Shown: in pieces, positions 10,564 to 21,130 of the stretch
Numbering within the stretch: position 1 is the first letter of the stretch
Layout: each line of letters starts with the position of its first letter
Assembly (NCBI GenBank): GCA_015062445.1
Contig: SUUQ01000006.1
Coordinates: 1,142 to 65,141, forward strand
From: Alphaproteobacteria bacterium
GTDB taxonomy: Bacteria > Pseudomonadota > Alphaproteobacteria > Rs-D84
DNA length: 64,000 nucleotides
Reading direction: 5' to 3'
Notes under the pieces: generated by a model
Seen by the model: only the letters and a program-made list of their open reading frames with translations
What the model was told of the DNA's origin: nothing
Databases searched by the model: none
Translations under genes and position numbers: made by a program

Positions 10564-11184
10564 TTATGCCAATCTTGCTTCGATTGCTTTGACTGCATCT
10601 GCTGTCAGGACCAATTTTTCATGTTTCAGAACATCTAAAACATTCAATCCCATTGTTGGCAAAACATCGACATTGGCGATATTTGCTGCAGATTTCTTAA
10701 AGTTTTCATCCAATTCAGCTGCCCCAACGAACAAAGCAGATGCAATTTCCAACTTCTTCAGCTGTTTTGCAAACGCATTTGTTTTTGCAGATTCCAATTT
10801 TTCAGAATCGATAACAACCAAACTGCCGTCCTTCACCTTAGAAGACAAAGCCATTTTCAAGCCCAAGCTGCGAATCTTCTTTGGCAAATCAATGCTGTGG
10901 TCACGAACCACTGGTCCATGAACAACACCGCCGCCACGCATATGCACATTATATCTTTCACCTTGACGTGCATTACCTGTTTTCTTTTGCTTAAAGGCCT
11001 TTTTACCACTGCCCTGTACATCGGACACAGTTTTCACTGCATGTGTACCCGCACGTGATTTTGCACGTTGCCATGTAACAACACGATGCAAGATATCTGC
11101 ACGTGGTTCCAAACCAAAGATGCTTTCCATCAGTTCAACTGAACCGACTTTTTTTCCATCGAAATTAATAATATCTAATTGCAT
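10564..11184 (-). CDS. rplD: 50S ribosomal protein L4
   Basis: RAGTHAVKT, KQKKTGNARQG, GGGVVHGP; start moved to MQLD at 11184. Confidence 0.97.
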   Translation of the reverse strand: MQLDIINFDGKKVGSVELMESIFGLEPRADILHRVVTWQRAKSRAGTHAVKTVSDVQGSGKKAFKQKKTGNARQGERYNVHMRGGGVVHGPVVRDHSIDLPKKIRSLGLKMALSSKVKDGSLVVIDSEKLESAKTNAFAKQLKKLEIASALFVGAAELDENFKKSAANIANVDVLPTMGLNVLDVLKHEKLVLTADAVKAIEARLA

Positions 11185-11214
11185 TTTAATTACCTCACTC
11201 TTGCTGTTAACCAA

Positions 11215-11940
11215 TTATTCTGCAACAGCTTCTGTTTCGGTTGCTGTTTCAGTTTCAACTGTGTCTGCTTTTTTTGCGACTGTTGGAACTGGCAAATCTT
11301 TGTGTTCTTTTTTAATTGCATCTGTAACCAGAACAAATGTACCATTTGCACCTGGAACTGCACCTTCAACGAAGATTAAATTATCTGCTTCGTCTGTACC
11401 GAACACTTTCAAGTTCTGAACTGTGACTGTTTCATTACCCATCTGTCCAGCCATTTTTTTACCTTTCAGAACACGGCCTGGCCATTCACGCATACCAGTA
11501 CCACCGATGGATCGATGCGCTTTCAAAACACCGTGGGTTGCTTCTTTACCGCCAAAGTTATGACGTTTCATAGCCCCCTGAAAGCCCTTACCTTTGCTTG
11601 TTGCTTGTACATCAACGAATTGACCGGCAACAAAATGAGATGCCATCAACTGTGTACCCGCTGGGATAACACAATCATCTGACACACGGAATTCTACAAC
11701 CTTGCGATATGGTTTTACCCCTGCTTTTTCAGCAGCAACCATCTGAGGTTTTGCCACATGTTTTGCTTTGGCTTCACGCAAACCCAAGATATTTGCGACA
11801 TAACCGTTTTTTTCCTGCGTCCGATTTCCAATAACAGTGCAATCACCCACAGCCAAAACTGTGACTGGATGTGCAACACCGCCATCATCATACAGACGTG
11901 TCATTCCTATTTTTGTTGTAATTAATCCGCTACGTTTCAT
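11215..11940 (-). CDS. rplC: 50S ribosomal protein L3
   Basis: KIGMTR, SKGKGFQGAMKRHNF, PGRVLKGKKMAGQMG. Confidence 0.98.
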   Translation of the reverse strand: MKRSGLITTKIGMTRLYDDGGVAHPVTVLAVGDCTVIGNRTQEKNGYVANILGLREAKAKHVAKPQMVAAEKAGVKPYRKVVEFRVSDDCVIPAGTQLMASHFVAGQFVDVQATSKGKGFQGAMKRHNFGGKEATHGVLKAHRSIGGTGMREWPGRVLKGKKMAGQMGNETVTVQNLKVFGTDEADNLIFVEGAVPGANGTFVLVTDAIKKEHKDLPVPTVAKKADTVETETATETEAVAE

Positions 11941-12020
11941 TTTTTTATGCCTTTTTTTATGTCAGTTGGTTGGGATGGTGTACACACTGCCATGCCAACA
12001 CTAACAGTTAATTTATATTT

Positions 12021-12338
12021 TTACAATTTAATTTTTACATCAACACCTGATGCCAAATCCAACTTCATCAAGGCATCAACTGTCTGAGGGGTTGGATTAA
12101 CAATATCTACGACCGCCTTGTGATTGCGGATTTCGAACTGTTCACGTGATTTTTTATCAACGTGTGGGGAACGGTTTACTGTAAATTTCTGAATCAATGT
12201 TGGCAGGCGAACAGGTCCTACGACATCTGCACCTGTACGTTTTGCTGTTTTCACGATTTCTTCAACAGATTCCATCAAAACGCGATGGTCAAACGCTGTC
12301 AACTTGATACGAATTTTTGATGTTGGTACCATTACCAT
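12021..12338 (-). CDS. rpsJ: 30S ribosomal protein S10
   Basis: [29 protein letters not shown]. Confidence 0.98.
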   Translation of the reverse strand: MVMVPTSKIRIKLTAFDHRVLMESVEEIVKTAKRTGADVVGPVRLPTLIQKFTVNRSPHVDKKSREQFEIRNHKAVVDIVNPTPQTVDALMKLDLASGVDVKIKL

Positions 12339-12412
12339 TTTCCTTATATTTATCTGGGCCGGTAATCACTGACGCATTTGATGTTCAGTTACACCGACCC
12401 CAGACTGTTTAA

Positions 12413-13600
12413 TTATTTAATAATTTTTGATACAACACCGGCACCAACTGTGCGTCCGCCTTCACGGATAGCAAAGCGGCGACCTTCGTCCATAGCAATT
12501 GGTGCAATCAATTGCACTGTGATACGAACGTTATCACCTGGCAGAACCATTTCTTTGTCTGCTGGCAATGTGATTGTACCTGTTACGTCAGTTGTGCTAA
12601 AGAAGAACTGTGGGCGATAGTTGCTAAAGAATGCAGTATGACGGCCACCTTCTTCTTTTGTCAAAATATAGACTTCTGCTTCGAAATCTGTATGTGGTGT
12701 GATAGAACCTGGTTTGCAGATAATCTGGCCACGTTCCACATCTTCTTTCTTTGTACCACGCAACAACAGACCAACGTTATCACCGGCTTCACCCTGATCC
12801 AGCAATTTGCGGAACATTTCAACACCTGTAACTGTTGTTTTCTGTGTTGGACGCAGACCAACGATTTCACATTCGTCACCAACCTTGATAACACCAGCTT
12901 CTACACGACCTGTAACCACTGTACCACGACCTGTGATGCTGAATACGTCTTCGATTGGCATCAAGAATGGTTTATCAACTGGACGTTCTGGCATTGGGAT
13001 ATATTCGTCACATGCTTTCAACAAAGCATCGATTGATTCTTTACCCAAACCATCATTTTTATCTTCTACTGCAGAAACAGCTGAACCACGGATGATTGGT
13101 GCATTGTCGCCATCAAAGTCATTTGCAGACAACAATTCACGGATTTCCATTTCAACCAATTCCAACAATTCTGGATCGTTTGCCAAGTCACATTTGTTCA
13201 AGAAAACAACGATTTTTGGAATACCAACCTGACGTGCCAACAAGATGTGTTCACGTGTCTGTGGCATTGGACCGTCTGTTGCTGCAACAACCAAGATTGC
13301 ACCGTCCATCTGTGCCGCACCTGTAATCATGTTTTTAACATAGTCAGCGTGCCCTGGGCAGTCAACGTGTGCATAGTGACGTGATTCTGTTTCATATTCA
13401 ACGTGTGCAGTGTTAATTGTAATACCACGTTGTTTTTCTTCTGGTGCATTGTCGATTTGGTCAACACCTTTTTGTGCATCGGCACCAACACCATAGTGGT
13501 GAACAATAGCAGCAGTCAATGTTGTTTTACCATGGTCAACGTGACCAATTGTACCAATATTGACATGCGGTTTGCTTCTTACATACTTTTCTTTTGCCAT
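12413..13600 (-). CDS. tuf: Elongation factor Tu
   Basis: [41 protein letters not shown]. Confidence 0.99.
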   Translation of the reverse strand: MAKEKYVRSKPHVNIGTIGHVDHGKTTLTAAIVHHYGVGADAQKGVDQIDNAPEEKQRGITINTAHVEYETESRHYAHVDCPGHADYVKNMITGAAQMDGAILVVAATDGPMPQTREHILLARQVGIPKIVVFLNKCDLANDPELLELVEMEIRELLSANDFDGDNAPIIRGSAVSAVEDKNDGLGKESIDALLKACDEYIPMPERPVDKPFLMPIEDVFSITGRGTVVTGRVEAGVIKVGDECEIVGLRPTQKTTVTGVEMFRKLLDQGEAGDNVGLLLRGTKKEDVERGQIICKPGSITPHTDFEAEVYILTKEEGGRHTAFFSNYRPQFFFSTTDVTGTITLPADKEMVLPGDNVRITVQLIAPIAMDEGRRFAIREGGRTVGAGVVSKIIK

Positions 13601-13649
13601 TAGTTTTCTCCTTAGGCTGTTTTCGTTAGTTTTACAAACTTCTTGTTAA

Positions 13650-15731
13650 TTATTTCGTCAGCTTCTTGATTACTTCGTCAGCGACGTTTGTTGGGACTTC
13701 GTCATAGTGTGACAATTCCATATATGGATTTGCACGCCCCTGTGACAAAGAACGCAAAGTTTTTACGTACCCGAACAGGTTTGCCAGTGGAACGAATGCA
13801 GAAATCTGCTGATTACCGAACTGTGTTTCGATACCGTTAATCTGACCACGACGACTGTTCAAGTCCCCAATGATGTCACCGACGTATTCTTCCGGTGTAT
13901 TAACCGAAAGCTTCATAATCGGTTCCAGCAATTTTGGCGATGCCTTTTTCATTGCTTCACGGAAGCAGGCACGTGCCGCAATTTCAAAGCACAATACATT
14001 AGAGTCAACTTCATGATACTTACCATCTACCAATGTAGCTTTGAAATCCACTGTTGGATAGCCAATCAGAACACCTGTCTGTTGTGCTATCTTCAACCCC
14101 TTTTCCACACCTGGGATATATTCTTTTGGAATTGCCCCACCAACAATCTTGTTTTCGAATTCATAGCCCTTACCTGGTTCCAACGGTTCGAATTCAATCT
14201 TAACCTGGGCATACTGACCTGAACCACCAGACTGTTTTTTATGTGTATATTCTTCTGTAACTGGCTTACGGAATGTTTCACGATATGCGATACGTGGTTC
14301 ACCAACGTTCACATCCACTTTGAATTCACGCAGCAAGCGGTCAACCAAAATTTCCAGATGCAATTCACCAACACCCGACAGAATTGTTTGACCTGATTCT
14401 TCGTCAACAGAAACACGGAACGAAGGATCTTCTTTGGCCAATGCCTGCAGTCCCAGTGACATTTTTTCAATATCAGCTTTTGTTTTTGGTTCAACTGCGA
14501 TGCTCATAACCGGCTCTGGCACGTGGATAGATTCCAACAAGATTGGATTCGATTCATCACACAGTGTATCACCTGTGATTGTTTCCTTCATACCAACCAG
14601 TGTGATAATATCACCTGCAGACGCTTCTTTGATTTCTTCACGGTTATTTGAATGCATCAACAACATACGTCCAACACGTTCACGTTTATCACGGTTAGAA
14701 TTATAGATATATGAACCAGATTGCAGTTTACCTGAATAGATACGGATAAACATCAGGTTTCCAACGAATGGATCATTTGCAACCTTAAATGCCAACGCAC
14801 TGAATGGTTCCTTTGCATCAGGTTTACGGGAATCAGCTGTTTCACCGTCCATTTTTGTACCTGAAATCGCAGGAATATCCAATGGGCTTGGCAAATAGTC
14901 TACAATTGCATCTAACAATGGCTGAACACCTTTGTTTTTAAATGCAGTACCACACAAAACTGGGTTAAAGTTCTGACCAATTGTACCCTTGCGGATTAAT
15001 TTTTTAATGGTTGCAACATCTGGAATTGTGCCTTCCATATATGCTTCCATAATTTCATCATCCAGTGTAACAACTTCTTCAATCAGTTTTTCATGCAGTT
15101 CTTCTGCCTTGGCCTTTAAATCTTCTGGGATATCAATAACATGTGGTTCTTTACCCATATCATCTTCCCAGACAATACCACGCATTTCGACAACATCAAC
15201 AACACCACGGAAATCAGATTCTGCACCGATTGGAAAGTTTACCACCAATGGGTTTGCCCCCAAACGTTCACGAATCATATCCACACAGCGGAAGAAGTTT
15301 CCACCAATACGATCCATTTTATTAATAAAGCAAATACGTGGAACCGCATAACGGTCTGCCTGACGCCACACAGTTTCTGTCTGTGGTTGCACACCAGATA
15401 CGGATTCGAAAACCGCAACTGCACCGTCCAACACACGCAGTGAACGTTCTACTTCCATTGTAAAGTCCACGTGTCCCGGTGTATCAATCAAGTTGATACG
15501 ATGATCACGCCAGAAACATGTTGTTGCAGCAGATGTAATTGTAATACCACGTTCTTGTTCCTGGGCCATCCAGTCCATGGTTGCACCACCATCGTGCACT
15601 TCACCAATTTTGTATGTCTTACCCGTATAGAACAAAATACGTTCCGAAGTTGTTGTTTTACCTGCATCAATATGGGCCATAATGCCAATATTGCGGTACA
15701 TATGTAAAGGTGCGGTTTTTCCGACTGACAT
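13650..15731 (-). CDS. fusA: Elongation factor G
   Basis: [28 protein letters not shown]. Confidence 0.99.
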   Translation of the reverse strand: MSVGKTAPLHMYRNIGIMAHIDAGKTTTSERILFYTGKTYKIGEVHDGGATMDWMAQEQERGITITSAATTCFWRDHRINLIDTPGHVDFTMEVERSLRVLDGAVAVFESVSGVQPQTETVWRQADRYAVPRICFINKMDRIGGNFFRCVDMIRERLGANPLVVNFPIGAESDFRGVVDVVEMRGIVWEDDMGKEPHVIDIPEDLKAKAEELHEKLIEEVVTLDDEIMEAYMEGTIPDVATIKKLIRKGTIGQNFNPVLCGTAFKNKGVQPLLDAIVDYLPSPLDIPAISGTKMDGETADSRKPDAKEPFSALAFKVANDPFVGNLMFIRIYSGKLQSGSYIYNSNRDKRERVGRMLLMHSNNREEIKEASAGDIITLVGMKETITGDTLCDESNPILLESIHVPEPVMSIAVEPKTKADIEKMSLGLQALAKEDPSFRVSVDEESGQTILSGVGELHLEILVDRLLREFKVDVNVGEPRIAYRETFRKPVTEEYTHKKQSGGSGQYAQVKIEFEPLEPGKGYEFENKIVGGAIPKEYIPGVEKGLKIAQQTGVLIGYPTVDFKATLVDGKYHEVDSNVLCFEIAARACFREAMKKASPKLLEPIMKLSVNTPEEYVGDIIGDLNSRRGQINGIETQFGNQQISAFVPLANLFGYVKTLRSLSQGRANPYMELSHYDEVPTNVADEVIKKLTK

Positions 15732-15758
15732 ATTGTCTTTCCTTTGCTTTTATATTTA

Positions 15759-16235
15759 TTACCAGCGGAAGTGAGCAAACGCCTTGTTCGCTTCTGCCAT
15801 TTTATGTGTGTCAATTTTCTTTTTGAACGCACCGCCCTGACCATTCAAGGCATCACGCAATTCACCAAACAGTCTTTCTTCCATGCTGCGTTCACCACGT
15901 TTACGTGCAAATCCGACCAACCAACGCAACGCCATTGTTTGCTGACGCGCCGGTCTAACTTCGCATGGGACCTGATATGTTGCACCACCTACACGGCGAC
16001 CTTTTACTTCGACAGATGGCTTTAATGCATCAACCGCTTCCAGGAACATATCCAATTCACTTTTACCATCTTTGGCGATTTTCTGCAGTCTGTCCAATGC
16101 GCCATACACGATGTTTTCGGCAACTTCTTTTTTACCGTCCCACATCACAACATTAATACACTTTGCAACAACCAGATTATTATATTTGGAATCTGGCAAG
16201 ATTTCACGTTTTGTTGCAGCTTTACGTCTTGACAT
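15759..16235 (-). CDS. rpsG: 30S ribosomal protein S7
   Basis: [26 protein letters not shown]. Confidence 0.98.
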   Translation of the reverse strand: MSRRKAATKREILPDSKYNNLVVAKCINVVMWDGKKEVAENIVYGALDRLQKIAKDGKSELDMFLEAVDALKPSVEVKGRRVGGATYQVPCEVRPARQQTMALRWLVGFARKRGERSMEERLFGELRDALNGQGGAFKKKIDTHKMAEANKAFAHFRW

Positions 16236-16317
16236 ATTTTATTTCCTTTTATCACTTCATCTGGATTTCTTTTTTTTCCAGATTACTCACATACATTACA
16301 TATGTGTGGTTAGTTTA

Positions 16318-16689
16318 TTATTTCTTTGTTTTGGCACCATACAAAGAACGTCCTTGTTTACGTGCATCAACCCCCTTGGTATCCAAGACACCACGGATAA
16401 TATGATACTTCACACCAGGCAAGTCCTTTACACGACCACCACGAATCATAACAACACTGTGTTCCTGCAGGTTATGACCTTCGCCAGGAATATATGCTGT
16501 TACTTCACGGCCGTTTGCCAGTTTTACACGGGCAACCTTACGCTGCGCCGAGTTAGGTTTTTTCGGTGTTGTCGTATAAACACGTGTGCAAACACCACGC
16601 TTTTGTGGGTTTTCCATCATGTCAGGCGCAGTACTTTTCACTGCTACCTTTTTACGAGGTTTCCGAATCAGTTGGTTTACTGTTGGCAT
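16318..16689 (-). CDS. rpsL: 30S ribosomal protein S12
   Basis: [28 protein letters not shown]. Confidence 0.99.
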   Translation of the reverse strand: MPTVNQLIRKPRKKVAVKSTAPDMMENPQKRGVCTRVYTTTPKKPNSAQRKVARVKLANGREVTAYIPGEGHNLQEHSVVMIRGGRVKDLPGVKYHIIRGVLDTKGVDARKQGRSLYGAKTKK

Positions 16690-16841
16690 TCAAAATCTCT
16701 TTGTTTTTCTACCTATTTTACTCTGCACAAAACCCGCTTATTTCAGACTTATTTCAACGACTTACACCGGATTATAAATCTGCATACCAAAGCGGTTTTT
16801 ATGTATTCTCTGCTTTCCATGTTCCCACAGAAAGCCCACAC

Positions 16842-16870
16842 ACTATAACCATGCCCCCCCAAATTGTCAA
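16842..16870 (-). promoter_or_regulatory. Sigma70 promoter of the str-S10-spc superoperon
   Basis: TTGACA-17 nt (includes a G7 run)-TATAGT about 150 nt upstream of rpsL. Confidence 0.8.
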
Positions 16871-16975
16871 GAAAAATCTAGGAAAAAAGTATAAGAAAAC
16901 TGCTAAAAACTTGCGATTTTTTAATAGATTAGCACAATATCATACAAATGACAAAATTCCGATTTGTGTCACATC

Positions 16976-17000
16976 AAAAAATTCGCCAAATTGGCGAACC
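16976..17000 (-). terminator. Intrinsic terminator after the OMP gene pair
   Basis: Minus strand ttcgcca-att-tggcgaa followed by a T tract. Confidence 0.7.
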
Positions 17001-17004
17001 TTGA

Positions 17005-17754
17005 TTAAAAATCGACACCAAAAACAATTCCGATTGTTGCCGGCGAACTTTGAAAACTGTGCACCAGATCTTTTGCCACATATCCGCCGACATACTTTGT
17101 TTCATCCAGATTATAATTCGCCCCCACCTTCAGACGCAACCGTTCCCCATCATAGTAGTCGTCAAACAGGTCAAAATCGAACATTAATTCACCAACCCAA
17201 TTCCACCTGTCATTAACAATATACTGCCCCTGGATACCGACCGTCATCGCCCAGGCATCAAATGTATCATTCGGCAAATCATCGTTCAAATAGTCAACTT
17301 CGACCACCCCAGCGACAGTCCAGTTATCTGCCACACGTCCCACCTGGGCACCAATTGTCCAGTTATACGCAACTGTTTGCAATTTTTTGCGTGTATCATA
17401 GATTTGTTTTACATCACCATAAACTTCGGCCTGCAATTCATTGTCGTGCCACAAATCCCAATCAAAGCCAAATTCCAAATCATTCCATGACCACTTTCCA
17501 AATTCTGGATTATCAGACGAATCGTATGAACCCGATGTTGCCACGTGAATTGCAAAATCATCCGACACCCCATACCCAAATTCATCGGCGATAACAAACC
17601 GGTCAAATTCTGAATTAACCTCCATCGGTGTTAAAATATTATAGAACCGCCCCTGGGCTGGATTATAAAACGGATTACCATTGATTATATTAGCGGCCCC
17701 CGCCCCACCAGACACAAATACCAGCGCACCCGATAGCACAAATACTTTTTTCAT
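17005..17754 (-). CDS. Outer-membrane beta-barrel protein, paralog 1
   Basis: Signal peptide MKKVFVLSGALVFVSGGAGA; alternating aromatic strands; C-terminal FGVDF (BAM-type signal); start moved to 17754 (AAGGGAG RBS). Confidence 0.8.
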   Translation of the reverse strand: MKKVFVLSGALVFVSGGAGAANIINGNPFYNPAQGRFYNILTPMEVNSEFDRFVIADEFGYGVSDDFAIHVATSGSYDSSDNPEFGKWSWNDLEFGFDWDLWHDNELQAEVYGDVKQIYDTRKKLQTVAYNWTIGAQVGRVADNWTVAGVVEVDYLNDDLPNDTFDAWAMTVGIQGQYIVNDRWNWVGELMFDFDLFDDYYDGERLRLKVGANYNLDETKYVGGYVAKDLVHSFQSSPATIGIVFGVDF

Positions 17755-17839
17755 ATATTCTCCCTTTTCTTTCGCATACAAATCATAGAAAACAGAAACA
17801 AATATATAAACAGGAACAAATTCATCCCCCGAATTTCGG

Positions 17840-18047
17840 AGATGCATAAAAATAAATTAGAATGATTTAGATGCGGAACGGTCCCGACAACGTAGTGTAC
17901 AAATGCTACATGAGTTATCGCCCCGCCCGTAGATATGCCACAAGGTGTAAAAATAAAAGATAATGGCCTAGATACGGGATGGGGGTGACAACGTAGTGTA
18001 CAAACGCTACATGAGTTGTCGCCCCCGCCCGTAGATATGCCATTAGA
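17840..18047 (+). repeat. Two tandem units of the ~100-bp palindromic repeat family
   Basis: Two copies of gacaacgtagtgtacaaa(t/c)gctacatgagtt with flanking stems. Confidence 0.9.
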
Positions 18048-18056
18048 TTTTATTTT

Positions 18057-18824
18057 TTAGAAGTCGATGCCAAAGTTCACACCAAACCCAAAACCATCAA
18101 CCCATTCCCAATCACCGGTGGAATGTTCCATTTCACCCATGAAATATGCGCCAATGTATTTGGTTTCGTCTAAATTATAGTTTGCACCGATTTTTCCGGT
18201 CCACTTACCTGCATCTTCGAACTGGTCATCCAGCATGCCTGTATATTCAACCCCAGCAATCAGATTCCACTGTTCATCAATCAGGTACTGACCATCAACA
18301 CCAACACTCAAAGAATGCACACCATCGTCACCCCAGTTAAATGATTCACTGTTGGCATAATCAAAGTCAACATGACCGGCCAATGTCCAACCATCACCAA
18401 CATAGCCCGCACGTGCACCCAATGTCCATGTATAATTTGTCACATCTTCATCCAAGAACGGCACATGATCACCCCAAACTGGATTCAAACTGTACACACC
18501 ATATACATCTGCTTTCCAGTTTGCAGCATCCAACACACGATAATTCAGACCAACTGTAAAATCATTCCAAGACATATAGTCAAAGCCCTCGGCTTCGGAC
18601 ACACCTGTCTTCATAAATATGGCCAAGTCATTTGTTATACCATAGCCAAATTCTTCGCTGATACCCCAATCTTCGATTGCTTCCGAATGAGATTCTACGG
18701 CAAAGTTGCTATAGAAATGACCTTCACCTGGGCGGTATAATGGATTACCATCAATAATATTTGCCGCATGTGCACCTGACACAGCCATGAAAGCCAACAC
18801 AGAAGTTAACACGATATTTTTCAT
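18057..18824 (-). CDS. Outer-membrane beta-barrel protein, paralog 2
   Basis: Signal peptide ending AHA; ANIIDGNPLYRPGEGHFY matches paralog 1; shared GANYNLDETKY; C-terminal FGIDF. Confidence 0.8.
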   Translation of the reverse strand: MKNIVLTSVLAFMAVSGAHAANIIDGNPLYRPGEGHFYSNFAVESHSEAIEDWGISEEFGYGITNDLAIFMKTGVSEAEGFDYMSWNDFTVGLNYRVLDAANWKADVYGVYSLNPVWGDHVPFLDEDVTNYTWTLGARAGYVGDGWTLAGHVDFDYANSESFNWGDDGVHSLSVGVDGQYLIDEQWNLIAGVEYTGMLDDQFEDAGKWTGKIGANYNLDETKYIGAYFMGEMEHSTGDWEWVDGFGFGVNFGIDF

Positions 18825-19080
18825 ATTTCATCCTTTCGTTTTTATTAACCAAACCGGATTCTCTGTCCAGTTAATACTATTTTATCAGGCAAAAAATCCC
18901 ATCTGCAACGTCAAAGATTTTTGCAATTTAGTAAAAAATATGATACGTTTGCAATCGCAGTCGAATCGGAAGCAACTGATTCCATCACATTCAAATGCCC
19001 GGCACACGGGCATTTTATTTATTTTGTTATAATTTGTTATACTTTTTAATAATTATCAATTTTAACATTGTGTCGAAATT

Positions 19081-20100
19081 CTAATTTTTATTTTTAATTT
19101 TTTTTATCTTGCGCCAGTCAGCATGATTTTTTTGATGTGTTTCATAGTCTTTTGCGAACCTGTGCCCACCCTGCCCATCTGCCACGAAAAACAGATAATT
19201 TGTATCTGCGGGCTTCAGCACCGCCCGAATCGCATTTTGACCGACATTTGCGATTGGTGCCGGCGGCAACCCTTTATTCTTATATGTATTATATGGGCTG
19301 TCTATTTTCAGATGCCCCCGCAACAAAGGTCGCCCCTGCATATCGCCCAGTTTATCGGTTAACGCATAGACCACCGTTGGATCGGCCTGCAAACGCATCC
19401 CTTTGTTTAACCGATTCAGATAGACACTGGCAACAATTGGCATTTCCCGCACCTGGGGTGTCTCTTTTTGCACAATCGATGCCAACGTCAAAACATCGTT
19501 CCAGTTTTTTAATGGTTTTGGCAATTTCAGATTTGTTTTTTTCCACGCACTTTCTATGCCCTGCATTTTTTTTCGTGCCAAATCCAGCAATGCCAACCGA
19601 TTCGCCCCACGTGCCACAGTATATGTATCTGGGAACACCTGCCCATCGACCAGCGAACACACCGGCGCCTTGTTTCCTGGCTGGCATTCGACAGCCCCTG
19701 TTAACGCAGATGATTGCAACAACAGATTTTTTATTTGTTTTATTGTCAATCCTTCGGGGATAACGATTGTCACAGATGCAACATCACCATCTGCGAACAT
19801 ATCTGCGATTCGCCATGAACTGGCATATTTTGGGATATCATATTGTCCGCTTTGAATTTTTCCACCGTTCAAGCGCACTGCCATTTTGAACACTTGTTGC
19901 GAATCGATTAATTTATTTTTTTCCAGTCTGCCTGCCACCCCCGACACCGTATCCCCCGGCACCACATTAAAAACCACCGTCTGCTGTACAGTTGAATGAA
20001 TACAAAACATATATACCAATGCCACCAGTACCAAAATCACAGGCACCACGAACATTTGAAGAACGATACGTTTTGGAAAAAATCTTTTACGTCTGACCAT
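19081..20100 (-). CDS. mltG: Endolytic transglycosylase MltG
   Basis: IPEGLT, LASIVQKET, RLQADPTVVY, SPYNTYKNKGLPPAPIAN. Confidence 0.95.
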   Translation of the reverse strand: MVRRKRFFPKRIVLQMFVVPVILVLVALVYMFCIHSTVQQTVVFNVVPGDTVSGVAGRLEKNKLIDSQQVFKMAVRLNGGKIQSGQYDIPKYASSWRIADMFADGDVASVTIVIPEGLTIKQIKNLLLQSSALTGAVECQPGNKAPVCSLVDGQVFPDTYTVARGANRLALLDLARKKMQGIESAWKKTNLKLPKPLKNWNDVLTLASIVQKETPQVREMPIVASVYLNRLNKGMRLQADPTVVYALTDKLGDMQGRPLLRGHLKIDSPYNTYKNKGLPPAPIANVGQNAIRAVLKPADTNYLFFVADGQGGHRFAKDYETHQKNHADWRKIKKIKNKN

Positions 20101-20152
20101 TGCCTAGAAAATTATGACAGATAAAACCACGATTGTAAACACCACAAAAAAA

Positions 20153-21127
20153 CTAATCTCGCTGCCCCAGGTTTTGCGAAACCAACACGGGCTTATTCAC
20201 GGTTGTATTATCGTTTTTTGCATCTGTTGCAGCCAACACAAGGAATTTTCTGGCAACTTCACAGTTATCGTGAATTTTACGTTTTAACCATACACGATCA
20301 GCACCATATTGCATTTCCGCCTGCACCCAGCGCAAGAACCGAACCAAATTCATAACATCAAGATTATAGTTCCATTTCAAATTTGGATTTTTCGCACGTG
20401 GTAACTTGTTAATTATATCCCAGATTTTTGATGAACCAACCTGACAGTACAACCCCCACAGTTTCGACCGCCACCCCGCCAATTCAAAGTCAATTACATA
20501 CAACTTTTTATTTTTCATATCAATCATGATATTTTTCTGATGCAAATCATTATGCCCGAACACCAGTTCTTGATTTTCTGGCAAATCCCGCAGAAATTCA
20601 TAAATTTCCACCATTAAAATTTTATCATCATCTGCGACCAAGTCTTTTCCACGACTGTCCAAGAATTTACGAAATTCCTGTACATTTTTATGCTCTAAAA
20701 AACACAGCGATTCGTTTGGTGCCACATATTGCTGAACATGTCGCAATTCAGACATATCATTTATAAACTGCGCCACTGCCATTTCAATCCAGTCACGATT
20801 TTTCGCCAACCAGTCTTTCGGCACCTGCCCCAGCATAACCCCGTCAACGGCCTCTTCCTTTACCTTTCCATGACTGATAAATGTTTTTGGCACAGAATAT
20901 GCCGGGTTGTTTTTTTGTCTGATTTCATCTGATATTTTTTTTGCCCGCACACTTGTATCGAACCACTTTTCATGATTTCTTGCGTATATGCCATTTGGAT
21001 TAATTGACTTTTCAACAAAATGCATATCACTGGCCACCCGTGTTCGCACAGACGACCCCCGACCGGAAACGTTTTCTGTTCCCTGCTGCGGCTGTTTAAC
21101 AATAACAAAATCAGTTGTATTATTCAT
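20153..21127 (-). CDS. APH/choline-kinase-like phosphotransferase
   Basis: Brenner motif HNDLHQKNI and VIDFE. Confidence 0.75.
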   Translation of the reverse strand: MNNTTDFVIVKQPQQGTENVSGRGSSVRTRVASDMHFVEKSINPNGIYARNHEKWFDTSVRAKKISDEIRQKNNPAYSVPKTFISHGKVKEEAVDGVMLGQVPKDWLAKNRDWIEMAVAQFINDMSELRHVQQYVAPNESLCFLEHKNVQEFRKFLDSRGKDLVADDDKILMVEIYEFLRDLPENQELVFGHNDLHQKNIMIDMKNKKLYVIDFELAGWRSKLWGLYCQVGSSKIWDIINKLPRAKNPNLKWNYNLDVMNLVRFLRWVQAEMQYGADRVWLKRKIHDNCEVARKFLVLAATDAKNDNTTVNKPVLVSQNLGQRD

Positions 21128-21130
21128 ACC

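Noticed and set aside
16854-16860. G7 tract in the rpsL promoter spacer as a phase-variation switch
   Set aside because: The run is short and the operon is essential; there is no evidence of length variation.
17755-17847. N-terminal extensions in the ORF track (also for rpsE, rplN, rplE, rplD, rplW, the acyl-CoA synthetase, dapD, F3 and F5)
   Set aside because: Downstream ATGs have RBS-like sequences and match the expected family N-termini or signal peptides.
20153-21127. Aminoglycoside resistance gene
   Set aside because: Only the generic kinase motifs are recognisable; the substrate cannot be inferred from them.
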